From Chiloscyllium plagiosum (taxonomy: Eukaryota), in assembly GCF_004010195.1 (NCBI RefSeq), contig NC_057753.1:3143444-3163443 (forward strand): DNA of 20,000 nt, read 5' to 3'. The notes below the pieces were generated by a model. It was not told the DNA's origin. It worked only from the letters and a program-made list of their open reading frames with translations, and did no database searches. The position numbers and the translations under genes were made by a program. Each line of letters begins with the position of its first letter. Position 1 is the stretch's first letter. Below are positions 19,050-20,000 of the stretch, one piece after another.

Positions 19050-20000
19050 CGATAGTCACAGGTGAGGTGCCGGACGACTGGAGGTTGGCAAACATGATGC
19101 TACTGTTTAAGAAGGGCAGTAAAGACAAGCCAGGGAACGATAGACCGGTGAGCCTGACCTCAGTAGTGGGCAAGTTGTTGGAAGGAATCCTGAGGGACAG
19201 GATGTACATGTACTTGGAAAGGCAAGGACTGATTCGGGACAGTCAGCATGGCTTTGTGCATGGGAAATCATGTCTCTCAAACTTGATTGAGTTTTTTGAA
19301 GTAACAAAAAAGATTGAGGAGGGCAGAGCAGTAGATGTGATCTATATGGACTTCAGTAAGGCGTTTGACAAGGTTCCCCATGGGAGACTGATTAGCAAGG
19401 TTAAATCTCAAGGAGTACAGGGAGAACTAGCCATTTGGATACAGAACTGGCTCAAAAGGTAGAAAGCAGAGGGTGGTGGTGGTGGAGGGTTGTTTTTCAG
19501 ACTGGAGGCCTGTGACCAGTGGAGTGCCACAAGGATCGGTGCTGGGCCCTCTACTTTTTGTCATTTACACAAATGATTTGGATGCGAGCATAAGAGGTAC
19601 ACAGTTAGTAAGTTTGCAGATGACACCAAAATTGGAGGTCTAGTGGACAGCGAAGAGGGTTACCTGAGATTACAACAGAGGATCTGGACCAGATGGGCCA
19701 ATGGGCTGAGAAGTGGCAGATGGTGGTTAATTCAGATAAATGCCAGGTGCTGCACTTTGGGAAAGCAAATCTTAGCAGGACTTATACACTTAATGGTAAG
19801 GTCTTAGGAAGTGTTGCTGAACAGAGACACCTTGGAGTGCAGGTTCATAGCTCCTTGAAAGTGGAGCTGCAGGTAGATAGGATAGTGAAGAAGGCGTTTG
19901 CTTTCCTTTATTGGTCAGAGAACAGAGTACAGGAGTTGGGAGGTCATGTTGCGGCTGTACAGGTCATTGGTTAGGCCACTGTTGGAATATTGCGTGCAAT
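19050..20000 (+). mobile_element. CR1 LINE ORF2 (RT), 5'-truncated and disrupted; continues beyond the window
   Basis: Motifs [63 protein letters not shown] and WAEKWQM. Confidence 0.95.

Noticed and set aside
18714..19209. Arg/Glu- and Ser/Leu-rich ORFs, or a CRISPR-like array
   Set aside because: These are translations of a low-complexity tandem repeat with no unique spacers, in a eukaryotic context.

Overview
Repeat-saturated vertebrate DNA, almost certainly from a shark; the HE1/V-SINE-type SINEs, HER1/CR1-type LINEs and zinc-finger style suggest this, possibly an orectolobiform (inference). There is no intact host gene. In order, the window holds: a SINE; a decayed C2H2 zinc-finger exon split inside a linker by a 3.6-kb CR1 LINE with an SGNH-esterase ORF1; and an old L2-type RT fragment hosting a five-level nest of retroposons. 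The innermost member of that nest is a full-length (~6.07 kb) but inactivated L1-clade element with a perfect 15-bp target-site duplication (TSD). Next comes an old CR1 interrupted by a 730-bp candidate solo LTR (TG...CA, CCAC TSD) and by two younger CR1 copies, then three more SINEs (one nested in another), a GA/CG-rich minisatellite, and a CR1 ORF2 running off the right edge. Two N gaps lie at 7228-7280 and 9088-9939. I see no convincing novel protein system. The most interesting signals are the junction-resolved nest, repeated insertion into the 3' ends of other retroposons, the solo LTR, and the L1 regulatory architecture. Family names come from recognising motifs by eye, not from database searches.
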